Assembly: GCF_006345805.1 (NCBI RefSeq)
Contig: NC_042998.1
Span: 16,926,001-16,990,000, forward strand
Source of the DNA: Octopus sinensis
Lineage: Eukaryota
Reading direction: 5' to 3'
DNA: 64,000 bases
The notes below the pieces were generated by a model, which worked only from the letters and a program-made list of their open reading frames with translations, had not been told where the DNA came from and ran no database searches. Both the position numbers and the translations under genes were made by a program. Positions 13,765 through 24,966 of this stretch are shown one piece after another (positions within the stretch are counted from its first letter, which is position 1; each line of letters opens with the position of its first letter).

Positions 13765-15231
13765 AATGGTTTATTCAATCGCCAGAAAAGGTCGCCAGAA
13801 AAGGTCACAGAAAATGAGATAGCAACCATTCAATGGTATATGCCAACACACACCGATGGAGAAATTAAAGCCAATACGCCGGATATAGTTGCCAGAGATC
13901 ATCAACAAAAGATGCTTTCTAATCGATTTATTAATACTAACACATGACAACATTTCTCTAAAATAAATAGAGAATCTTTCAAAATACAAAGACCTGAAAA
14001 TAGAGGTACCTTGAATGTGGATTATAAAAAAAAAACAGAAGAATTCCTATCATAGTAGGTGCATTAGGTATGATATTTCCCGAATATGAGGTTGGTACCG
14101 CACTGAAAAGTGACTGAATGGAATAAATTCCAATCAGTTAATACGTGGGCGTTAGCATCACTTCGGTATGGAGAGGGAATTATAAAATTGCAAAAGAGAG
14201 AAATGAAGAAAATGGATATCAAGACCAGAAAAATGTTGAAAATACACGGAGCGATTTCAACCTATGTGATACCGATAGGCAGTACTTGTCCAGAAGAAAG
14301 GGTAGGAGAGGTTTGGTCATTTGCCAGGACATTGTTGAATCTCGTGAAGGGGCACGGCCTTTCAAAACTGAAAATTATATAACTAAAGAAAAATTTAAAG
14401 AAGAAATGAACAAACAAAAATAGGAGAAAAAGCAGAGAAAAAATGTACGGCCAGTTTGCAAGAGATGTGAACGACAATACACATAGAGATGATCGGTGGT
14501 TATGGATGAGGAGGTGTGACCTGAAGATAGAGACAGAAGCACTCATATGCGCAGTTCAGGTGCAAGCGTGAAGGACCAATTATACGAAGTTTAGAATCGA
14601 CAGCGCTACCGATAGTGACTAATGCAGAATGTGTTGTGAGAGGGTTGAAATAGTATGGCACATCGTTAGAGAATGCCCAAAATTAGCACAACACGAAAAG
14701 AAACGTAGCCATGAACATGTATCAAGAATTATCCATTGAGAATTCTGTGGAAATCGTGGCCTACAAAGAGTAAATACGTGGTATGAACAAACCCCGGAAG
14801 GTATCACCGAAAATGAGAACTACAATATCTTGTGGGATATAATGATATAATGATCCAGTGCAATCACCTGATCAGTCATAGGAAACTGGAAATTGTTGTG
14901 GTGACTTGAAAAGATTATCGACATAGCATACCTCGGTGACAACATGAACAATGTCAAAGTAGAAAAAATAAGCAACTACGACGGTTTAAAGTGGGAAATA
15001 CAAAGATTGTGGTCAATGAAGAAAGTATACATGGTACCAATAGTAATTGGTACAGAACTATCTACATGGTTGAAAACGATTGGTGCAAGTTTGAAGGTAG
15101 AACACGTATGAAAATCAGCGTTGCTTGGAACTGCAAGAATTCTTAGCAGTGTTCTTGAAGCATGACCAGTAAACGATTGTCACCTTAGTCTGCTGGCTGT
15201 GGACAGCTGACACTTTCCATCATTCCATCAT
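13765..15231 (+). mobile_element. R4/Dong-like non-LTR retrotransposon remnants with a restriction-like endonuclease (RLE fragment, then RT C-terminus, CCHC and RLE)
   Basis: Frameshifted translations: KVTENEIATIQWYMPTHTDGEIKANTPDIVARD (RLE PD motif); VNTWALASLRYGEGIIKL..KKMDIKTRKML..DRQYLSRRKGRRGL (RT thumb); CRMCCERVEIVWHIVREC (CCHC); ENENYNILWD..WEIQRLWSMKK..KSALLGTARIL. Ends at a (TAA)n tract. Clade assignment is from motif memory. Confidence 0.85.
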
Positions 15232-15248
15232 ATAATAATGAAAATAAC

Positions 15249-15326
<78 letters not shown>
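15232..15326 (+). repeat. (TAA)n tract at the 3' end of the R4-like LINE
   Basis: About 30 TAA units directly after the element's 3' UTR. Confidence 0.95.
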
Positions 15327-15344
15327 TCGAGGAAATTCATGAAG

Positions 15345-15545
15345 TGCAACAGAAGCACTCATATGCGCAGTTTAGGTGCAAGCGTGAAGGACCAATTACA
15401 TGAAGTTTGGAATCGACAGCGCTACCGATATTGACAAATGCAGAATGTGTTGTGAGAGGGTTGAAACAGTATGGCACATCGTTAGAGAATGCCCGAAATT
15501 AGCACAACACGAATACAAACGTCGCCATGACAATGTATCAAATTC
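15345..15545 (+). mobile_element. Second R4-like fragment (CCHC region), closely similar to about 14533-14725
   Basis: ACAGAAGCACTCATATGCGCAG...CRMCCERVETVWHIVRECPKLAQHEYKRRH, followed by (GAT)n. Confidence 0.85.
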
Positions 15546-17159
15546 AAGAACCCAAAGCAACGATGGTGATGATGATGATGATGATGATGATGTTTTGGAG
15601 GAGGAGGATAATGTTTATTATATTGAGAGAATTGAAAGACATTTATATTGTAATTGTAGCAGAATTTGTGCCATTTTTATTTCATAATAATCGTAGAGAA
15701 CGAGATTATATCCGCGAGCGATTGACTACAATAAAAGAAGTACTTTAGCAAACACAATATTCTATATCTACTTGTTCACAACACTGGCAATCAATAGGAA
15801 GTTATTAAATAACTTTCAAGGTCTAAATGCGAATTTAGAGCTTTAGCAGAAGGGAAGGCTGTAAAATGCTGCGTTAAAATATATAAACAGAACGTAGAGG
15901 TGCAAACGTACAATATATAATTGAACGTTGAGAAGCAGACTTGTCTTACTTGCTCTCATAACGTAAAATTACTCATAGTTACTTGAATATATTCAGTCTA
16001 ATTTGTTGTTGCGATCCACTTACATTAAAACATGGACAATCAGTTTCATATATGCAACGCAAAATGTTGACATTGTCTGCGTTTTCTTTTTTTTTTTTTG
16101 CTGATTAATTAAAAGCATACATATATAAGTTGGTTACTGCATAAATTGTGTCTGAAATTCAAAATCCATACTAATGTAATAAATATTAGACTAAACATAA
16201 TTATAAATAAAACAGTTACACAACATCTACTGAGACAATATGCGAAATGAGAAAGAGAAAACATACGGTAATACACAAATGAATAAAAAATAAACTGTAA
16301 ATGAATTGCGAAGAAGCACATTAATCACTTCCACAAAAGAGCAACAGAAAATATAATTAACTGAAACAGACGAATCAATAATTTTATGTTGTTTCATCAT
16401 AACAAATTATAATCATATATAGATGACCTATCAGATGACACGAACAAAATAAAGAACTGAGAAATCCAAATAATCACAGATGCAAAGAAGAACTGTCATT
16501 GCGATAAAATTAGTTGCACATCAATGAAAAAAAAATTAAAACTTCTTAGACGCTAATGAAGTTCTTTAAAAGGTGATTAAGAATGCGGTACATAGTTACA
16601 TCTTACTTAAGTTATTATCTATGAATGTATGACTATATGGAAAATTACAATTTACTAAAAAACTTATGTGGTCTCTGTTGCTGGAAGAAGGATAATTGGT
16701 TAAATAAAATCAAAAATGAAATGTAGAAATTTATCACCATTTTCCAGGAGATACTAGTATGTGAGTCTACACTGAAACAAAATACGAATTAAACGTATAT
16801 CCACGAAGTATATACAATATGATTATAAAGGGAATTTTGTCTAAAATATACTATTACTGTTTGGAAAACTTAAAGGAACGCGATCAAGATTTTCTGATTT
16901 TAAAATTGGTAGTAGTGATGCAGAAACGTAAATGTTTTATTGATTGAGAGTGAGGATAGTGTGTCATGAGATGCAGCTCGGTGGCTATCGTTAGAATAGG
17001 GATGTAAAATAGAAGATTACAAGATTTCTACGCCCAACAGTGTCGTTTCTTCTATATTTCCCAACTTTGTTTATGTACTGGTTTTCCATTCGTGTTAGCA
17101 TTTGTATTTTCGATGATGTCATAATTTTGTGCTGATTTCATATTGGACACACAATTCAC

Positions 17160-17745
17160 ATACCTTTTCTACTCTAGGCACAAGGCCCAACATTTTTGGG
17201 GAGGGAGCCAGTCGATTACATCGACCTCAGTTCGCAACTGGTACTTAATTTATCGACCCCAAAAGGATGAAAGGCAAAGTCCACCACGGCGGAATTTGAG
17301 CTCAAAACGTACCGGCAGACGAAATACTTATTTCTTTACTACCCACAAGCAGCTAAACCCAGAGAGGACAAACAAGGACAGACAAACGGATTAAGTCGAT
17401 TATATCGACTCCAGTGCGTAATTGGTACTTAGTTAATCGACCGCGAAAGGATGAAAGGCAAAGTCGACCTCTGTGCAATTTGAACTCAGAACGTACCGGC
17501 AGACGAAATACCTGTTTCTTTACTACCCACAAGGGGCTAAACACAGAGAGGACAAGCAAGGACAGACAAATGGATAATGTCGATTACATCGACCGCAGAG
17601 CGTAACTGGTACTTATTTAATCGACCCCGAAAGGATGAAAGACAAAGTCGACCTCGGCGGAATTTGAACTCGGAACTTAGCGGCAGATGAAATACTGCTA
17701 ATCATTTCGCCCGGCGTGCTAACGATTCTGCCAGTTCGCCGCCTT
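17160..17745 (-). mobile_element. SINE family D with a tandemly reiterated 184-bp body
   Basis: GTCGATTA(C/T)ATCGAC occurs at 17211, 17395 and 17579 (period 184). There is a single tRNA-like head at the 17745 end. Confidence 0.9.
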
Positions 17746-17759
17746 CACACAATGTACGT

Positions 17760-17935
17760 ATTGAAGGTAGAACGATTTGTCGTTTGAGTACTGGACTCAT
17801 GTTTATAAGATTGTGGTTTCGAATCATGGTCCAAGCGACGTGTTATGTTCTTGAGTAAAATAGTTAACTTAACCTTGTTCCAGCACAATCAGCTGGGAAA
17901 AAGGAGTATTTCTGACATCCCGTCCAGTGCTGGGT
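17760..17935 (+). mobile_element. Degenerate SINE family B fragment
   Basis: TAAGATTGTGGTTTCGAATCATGG...GTTCTTGAGTAAAA...CCCGTCCAG matches the copy at 36561. Confidence 0.65.
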
Positions 17936-17958
17936 AGGTTTATAGCATAGAAATATAT

Positions 17959-17992
<34 letters not shown>

Positions 17993-17994
17993 TG

Positions 17995-19650
17995 AAAAAA
18001 CAAGTAAAAAATAGAAAATGCTAAAATAATTTTATAGTGAACATTTCAGTACCGGTTTCGGTCATTTTGAGACCTTTTCAACTGTAACGATTAAATAATT
18101 AAATTTAGAAAAATTAGAAGAAAAGTTTTTTTAAAAGAATATTTCTATAGTAGTGTTCAGATTTAAGTGGCATTCTGCCTTTCTCTGACTCCCTTGTTTG
18201 CACTTGTGTGTTCGAGGTAGTTGTGAGCTCTTGGTAGGGTAGTAGAGAGAAGGCTGGTGAGGAAAGGGGGGTGGGAGAATCTGGGAGTGCCCTGATGGTC
18301 GTATTTTGAATGGTCAGTGGCGGCTGGCAGTCTCAGTTCAATTCAGGAGAATATTTATATTGACAGGCTTCTTTATAGAATTAGCGTAGGTGTTATACTA
18401 AAAAACATTAGTGACAAACTTAAGGGGTAGGGGTGGAGAAGAAGAAGAAGAAAAGAAGAAGAAGGAGAAGGAGAAGGAGAAGATGACGATGATGGTGATG
18501 GTGGTGATGATTATGACGACGATGATGATGATAACGATGATGATGAAGAAGAAGAAGAAGAAGAAGGAGGAGAAGGAGAAGATGGTGGTGATGATGGTGG
18601 CGATGATGATGATGCCGATGATGATGATAACGATGATGATGAAGAAGAAGAGAAGAAGAAGAAGAAGAAAAAACAGAGAAGGGAGAATATGAATGTAAAT
18701 ATAGCTATGAAGGGGCTGATTAGTAATGGATTCTATTGAGTGTAGTATTTGTGTGTGTATATATATTTTTTTCTTTTATTCTAAAGTTGAGGTATATTAA
18801 TTGTTTGTCGTAGACCCGTTAAGAAGTGGCTTGTATTTTGTAATAAAGAGATTTTCTTTACTTATTCGTTGTCTGGGGGTTGTATCGTCCCTAAATTGGT
18901 AGAGGGGGAAAATTCTGAAGTTTGGTGTTTTTTTGTTGGCGCAAGTATCTATGTGTTGGCCAAAAGCTATTTTTCTGTTTTGGGGAATTTTTATCTGGGA
19001 TCTGTGCAGGGCCATTCGTTTACGCAAACCATTTTTTGTTTGGCCTATGTACTGCTCTTGACACCCGGAGCAGGTTAGTGAGTATATTAGGTTCTCCGAA
19101 GCACATGTGAAGTTGCTTTTCACTGTAAAACGTTGTCCCTGTTTGAAGGAGAACTCAGAACCCTCGATTAGATAGTCGCATATCCCGCAATTGGGTCTTC
19201 CACATTTTTTTACTGTCGGCTTCTGTGTTGAAGAGTGAATTCGGGCTTGTGTAAGGAGACTTTTCATGGATCTAGGCTGTCTTTTGCTTTTTATGATCGT
19301 GTGTGTTTGGAGGATTGTGTTCATTCTGTGGTCTTTTTTAGGAGGGGTATGTTGTGGAGGATGGTGTCGAAGGCTTCGTTATTGAGAGGGTTGTGTGTGG
19401 AGATGTATGGTAAGGCTTTTGGTTGTAAGTTTTTCTTTGATTTGGGATGTCTCAGTTCCTTGATGTTAAGTTGAAGGGCACGTTGAATGCATTTGTCAAT
19501 AAGTGAAGGTGGATAGTTCCTGGTGATTAGGGTATCTTTTAGTTCTTGTAGTCGTGTGTCTCTGGTGTTTGCGTTAGAGACTATAGTGCATATCCTTTTT
19601 GCTAGATTGAAGGGGATATTCATCCTGGTGTGTCTGGGGTGGCATGAATA
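17995..19650 (-). mobile_element. Penelope-like retroelement, 5'-truncated (RT thumb/linker, GIY-YIG endonuclease, 3' UTR with hammerhead)
   Basis: Minus ORFs: CHPRHTRMNIPFNLAKRICTIVS...LPYISTHNP (19321-19650) and KCGRPNCGIC...ENLIYSLTCSGCQEQYIGQT...LRKRMALH...KENLFITKYKPLLN (18797-19324). One in-frame stop between them. A GAA/GAT tract (18437-18672) lies in the 3' UTR. Confidence 0.93.
18044..18087 (-). ncRNA. Minimal type I hammerhead ribozyme, U3-A8 core variant
   Basis: Minus: TTACAG-TTGAAAA-GGTC(TCAAAAT)GACC-GAAA-CCGG-TA^CTGAAA. Stem I CAG/CTG, 4-bp stem II, palindromic ACCGGT stem III, GUA cleavage triplet. Lies 3' of a Penelope ORF. Confidence 0.7.
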
Positions 19651-20152
19651 TATATATATACGGACGTATGACTGAATATGATACAGGAAATGACTTTATC
19701 ATTTTAATTATGTGAGATTAATTCTGAATAAGATAATTGATATATATTTTTTAGCCTCATATAGTTATATATTCTTCATTTCATAATTATTTCTAGATGA
19801 ATTATTAGTTTTCCATACGTTAAGGTAGTTAACCCTAACGAATATATAATTTTACACGGATATTCATCTGAACAAGTTAGTTTAGTATGGCTAAGAAAAT
19901 GGGCACGAAGCAGTTTGGAAAATATCGATAAATATCATACATGATTCTTTTTCAGAACTCTCGTAAAATTTGCATCCTTGTTGTAGGCCTGCACATAATA
20001 AAGCAATGTGCTACAAATTGATTATTGACAGCATTTACAATAGACGGAAAAATAATCTAATAAAAGGGACTAATCTGAGTCTTTAATATACTTAGATATT
20101 CAATAGAGCATGGAGCACCATTGATGTGGCAAGATAGCACGTGTAATAACAC

Positions 20153-20199
20153 TGATGATGATGATGCTGATGATGATGATGATGATGATGATGGGGGGT

Positions 20200-20288
<89 letters not shown>

Positions 20289-20322
20289 GGTGATGATGAT
20301 GATGAGGTGATGATGATGATGG

Positions 20323-20380
<58 letters not shown>

Positions 20381-20480
20381 GGTGATGACGATGATGGTGA
20401 TGATGATGATGATGATGATGAGGATGATGGTGATGATGATGATTATGATGATGATGGTGATGATGATAATGATGCTGATT

Positions 20481-20513
<33 letters not shown>

Positions 20514-20559
20514 GTGATGATGATGGTGATGATGATGACGATGATGATGGTGATGATGA

Positions 20560-20590
<31 letters not shown>

Positions 20591-20612
20591 GATGATGATG
20601 GTGATGATGATA

Positions 20613-20663
<51 letters not shown>

Positions 20664-20711
20664 ATGATGATGATGGTGATGATGATAATGATGATGATTA
20701 TCATGATGATT

Positions 20712-20757
<46 letters not shown>

Positions 20758-20789
20758 CGATGATGATGGTGATGATGATAATGATGATG

Positions 20790-20822
<33 letters not shown>

Positions 20823-20882
20823 ATGATGATGATGGTGATGATGATAATGATGATGATTATGATGATGATTATGATGATGATG

Positions 20883-20913
<31 letters not shown>

Positions 20914-20925
20914 CGATGATGATGG

Positions 20926-20972
<47 letters not shown>
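20153..20972. repeat. ~820-bp interrupted (GAT)n microsatellite
   Basis: Directly visible; source of the poly-D/M and poly-H/I/S ORFs. Confidence 0.98.
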
Positions 20973-22394
20973 TGATGAAAAGGGGGAAGGAATAGGATAT
21001 TGATGATGACAAGGAAAAGAAGGGGAGAAATAGGAGATTCTGACACCTTTGAAATAAATGGCTATATAAAAGATGAAGAAAATGACATGCCAAATTAATA
21101 ATTCCGGCTGTTTCATTTATGTCTCATCATTCTTTTTTTTATGCATTTGTTTCTAGAAGAGCACGTTATTAAATCAATTCACTTAGCATCAATTTCAGTT
21201 ATATTCCAATAAAATGTTATCTTAAAATATTAACGGTAATACGGTCAAATCAAATATTCACTAACCATTTATTTTTAAAGAATCGATGGATATTCTAGGA
21301 AAATTCTGAACAGCAATGCAGCGTCATTCTCGCGTCAGTTTTGTGATAAAATATCGAATTTTTTAAGATCAATCTCTCCTTTCATTTATTTTTTTTTTTT
21401 GTACTATATACCAGAAAAAGAAACATAATTATATTCGAGGTTGTAGTTATTGCCTAATAAAATCTTCCAATTTTGAAGGGCATCTGATTATTACGAAAAA
21501 CGCCATGGGTTTTGAACTAGCGTTAAAAATGACTGTACAAATATATCACGATTGAAGAAAAGAGAAATTATCATACAAACCGCGTGACAGCAATTAATAC
21601 TAAAGTACATTCGAACTCTAGTTTTGATATGAAGAAATGGTTTTACATTTCTACATTCATCACCTTCTTTTTAGAACTCCATCTACATTCATGTATATCC
21701 TGCCTCCAGTCAGTCTTTAAAGAGAATTTATCTATGGGATTCCGCTTCATTTATATATTTACCAATACGTTACATAGGGTATAACCACTAATAGAATTAA
21801 ACTGGAGATTCCGTTGAACTTTTTATTGGAATATTATAAGTTATCATATCAAATGGCGGTGCCCCAGCATGGCCACAGCTCGTGAGGTGAAACTAGATAA
21901 AATGATAAAATGAAAACTAAAATAATACCAAATATTTACACGCGTTTCAGTAGCATATGCTATTACATTATGGAAATTATCATTGATAGGTGATTGTACA
22001 ATCAACTAAGAACGCCAGTATTTCAGAAAATAGTAATTTGTTCTATTCTTTAACGAATCAGCAGTTATATTCCCCTCACGTTCCTACATACATACATAGA
22101 CACATACATACATACATACATACATACATACATACATACATACATACATACATACATACATACATACATTTATACATACCTATGTGGAAGCCAGCTGCTC
22201 AGCGGATGTCAACAGGGCTAAATATCAGCGTGAAAGAAAATACCTACGCTGAACTATTGAGAAATGTGTACTTACTCTATCCAGATTACTAGTTCACTTT
22301 CATAACTGTGATTACTGGGAGACTGGGATATGTAGCACACTGCCTAAATACCAATGTAGAAAAATTAGGATTCTCAAAATCAGAGAGGAGAAAT

Positions 22395-22473
22395 CTGATT
22401 CGAAGACCAAAGACTGATTCGAAGACCAAAGACTGATTCGAAGACCAAAGACTGATTCGAAGACCAAAGACTG
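22395..22473 (+). repeat. Perfect 19-bp tandem repeat x4 (CTGATTCGAAGACCAAAGA)
   Basis: Units start at 22395, 22414, 22433 and 22452. Confidence 0.97.
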
Positions 22474-22727
22474 TTTGTAGTGGTTCGCTACGACTGGAAC
22501 CAAAAATTTTGACCTGGAAGATCGTGACCGTTCCGGCAGGCCTACGTTCCTTCATAATGAACGAGTCGAAACTTTAATAAGAAAAAATTAAACTATGTCA
22601 CTCACTGTTTGGCATCGCAGATATTCTCCACGTATCTCAAGTGAGCGTTATAAAGCATTTAAGAGACGTTGTTATGTGAATCGCCATGATGTTCGTATAC
22701 CACATAAATTAAAATAAAAAAATAAAT

Positions 22728-23130
22728 AGGCGCAGGAGTGGCTGTATAGTAAGTAGCTTGCTAATCAACCACATGGTTCCGGGTTCAGTCCCACTGCGTG
22801 GCATCTTGGGCAAGTGTCTTGTGCTATAGCCCCGGGCCGACCAATGCCTTGTGAGTGGATTTGGTAGACGGAAACTGAAAGAAGCCTGTCGTATATATGT
22901 ATATATATGTATGTGTGTGTGTTTGTGTTCTGCGTTTGTCCCCCTAGCATTGCTTGACAACCGATGCTGGTGTGTTTACGTCCCCGTCACTTAGCGGTTC
23001 GGCAAAAGAGACCGATAGAATAAGTACTGGGCTTACGAAGAATAAGTCCCGGGGTCGATTTGCTCGACTAAAGGCGGTGCTCAAGCATGGCCGCAGTCAA
23101 ATGACTGAAACAAGTAAAAGAGTAAAAGAG
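22728..23130 (+). mobile_element. SINE family A, full length, inserted in the mariner remnant
   Basis: GGCGCAGGAGTGGCTGTATAGTAAG...GGTTCAGTCCC head; ends GACTGAAACAAGTAAAAGAGTAAAAGAG. Confidence 0.92.
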
Positions 23131-23555
23131 AGAGAGAGCGCTTTTCCATTTATGTTTCTCTGCTCAGACGAAACAAAAATGATCATGAGTGATGACAAAC
23201 GTATTATTTACAATATAAAATAAAAATGGTCCTCGGGAAAACGCGATGAACCGCCTTCGATCTCTCCAAAAGCTGCTCTGTAACCGAAGAAGGAGATCGT
23301 CTGTATCTGGTGGAATTAGAAGTGTATTGTGTATTATGAGCTAATTTCACAAGATCAGACGTTAAATTCAAAGTATTATTATTCCCAATTAGACCGATTA
23401 CTGGAGACAATTGATGATCAGAATTGGACAATCGAGATGATATCGTCTTACATGAGGACAACATTATACTGCACATTACTTTGAAGACCAGGCAGAAATT
23501 GATGCAGCAACCGTACTCACCTGACACATTAATACATGCATACATACATATATAT

Positions 23556-23606
<51 letters not shown>

Positions 23607-23699
23607 TGTATGCGTACATACATACATGCATACATACATACATGCATGCATACATACATGCATACATACATACATACATACATACATACATACATACAT

Positions 23700-24340
23700 A
23701 GGAGAACACTCAGGCTAAATGTGAAAACAGAAAGGCATACAAATATCCCATTTATATTAAATCACACTCCTAGACTTCACAATTCCCTAAACTCAGCCAA
23801 ACAATGCCGCCCAATTCTATATCAATCACCAAATCTCCAACGAATAATTAAAAGATCACAAATTATCAACAGTCAATTACAACCACCCTAATTCAAGTGA
23901 TTTCTAACAAAGGCGACATTCACATTTGAAAAAGACACGTTACAAGTAACCAATTATGGAGACCTCCATATGGGACATGCTAATTAATTAAGCAAAAGAC
24001 AGCCAAAAGATTCAAGAAAGTGGATGAATTAAAAGTGAATTGCAAACATGAATCGGAAAACACAAAACCCTCATCTGCTACATTACATGCTCACAACGCA
24101 ATGAAAACTACATTGGGGAGACAAGAAAGATACTGACCTGTCGTGTAAATGTGCATAAATAAAAAATTAGGGATTCATCATTTAAGAATGTCCTATGCAG
24201 TGAACATCAAGATATCAGTGCCAGTAGGTAGAAGTATTGTATTAGATATATACTAATCCTTGTCCAGAGAGGTTAGGCTGTAAAGACAAACAGAGAACGG
24301 ATATATAAAGCAGATTCGGACCTACAAGCTGGATAGTAAG
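23700..24340 (+). mobile_element. Decayed Penelope-like linker plus GIY-YIG remnant
   Basis: TNIPFILNHTPRL...PILYQSPNLQRIIKRSQIINSQLQPP, then LICYITCSQRNENYIGETR...RVNVHK..IRD; homologous to the ORF at 18797-19623. Confidence 0.8.
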
Positions 24341-24933
24341 GTGGAACTAATAAAGCGATTGTAAAAAGATAAAAGAAGTCCAATGTAGTAGTTGGTCAAT
24401 TTTACAAAAGGGGTAGGGAGACACGGGGCTGGCTTGGACTTATTAATGTTAGAAATAGATGCCATACTAGCAAACGAAATATTCAAGATTTGAAATTTAA
24501 TAAGATTTGAAGTTAATAAGTAATATAAACACGGAAAGTAAAATGATAAAGAATAGATATGGAAACAAAAATTAAAGTAAAACAATGTTAAAATTTGAAT
24601 TTATGTTCAATGTATCTGTAGTGTTAATGAAGAAATGTTTCCCATGCGACCTGTGGAAGAACTTGAAGGACGAAGAGAAGCTGTGTATAAGGGTGAAGGC
24701 GCCGTGGTCTTTATTTAGTGACGGGGTAGGATTATTTATGTGGAAGTACCAAATAAATACCGAAATGCTTGCAGTTTTATGCTTAAAACTGTGGCTATGT
24801 GTTACACCTTCCCGAATATCGTAGGATTTGTTTAGGGAAAGTTGTGCATGATAACTTTTAGCTTGGCACATTAACTACAACCTTCCTTTTAAAAACAACT
24901 TATGATTTTATACGCAATCTCTCTCACTTAGTT

Positions 24934-24966
<33 letters not shown>

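Larger units (their letters stand above)
22320..23525 (+). mobile_element. Decayed mariner (DD34D-type) transposase split by a SINE insertion
   Basis: Before the SINE: WFATTGTKNFDLEDRDRSGRP...VNRHDVRIPHKL. After it: IMSDDKRIIYN..W, CIVYYELISQDQTLNSKYYYSQLDRL, NRDDIVLHEDN...TRQKL..QPYSPD (YSPDL motif). Confidence 0.88.

Noticed and set aside
17211-17745. CRISPR-like array (also 22395-22473 and the 22-bp duplication at 57022-57070)
   Set aside because: No unique spacers, eukaryotic context, no cas genes; explained by SINE reiteration or simple tandem duplication.
20057-21116. Long poly-His, poly-Ile and poly-Met/Asp ORFs
   Set aside because: Pure translation of the (GAT)n microsatellite; open in several frames on both strands.
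21098-21135. Hammerhead-like ATGATGA-GACATAAAT-GAAAC on the minus strand
   Set aside because: Stem II is incomplete, there is no NUH/stem I pairing, and I saw no homology to the neighbouring Penelope 3' UTR.
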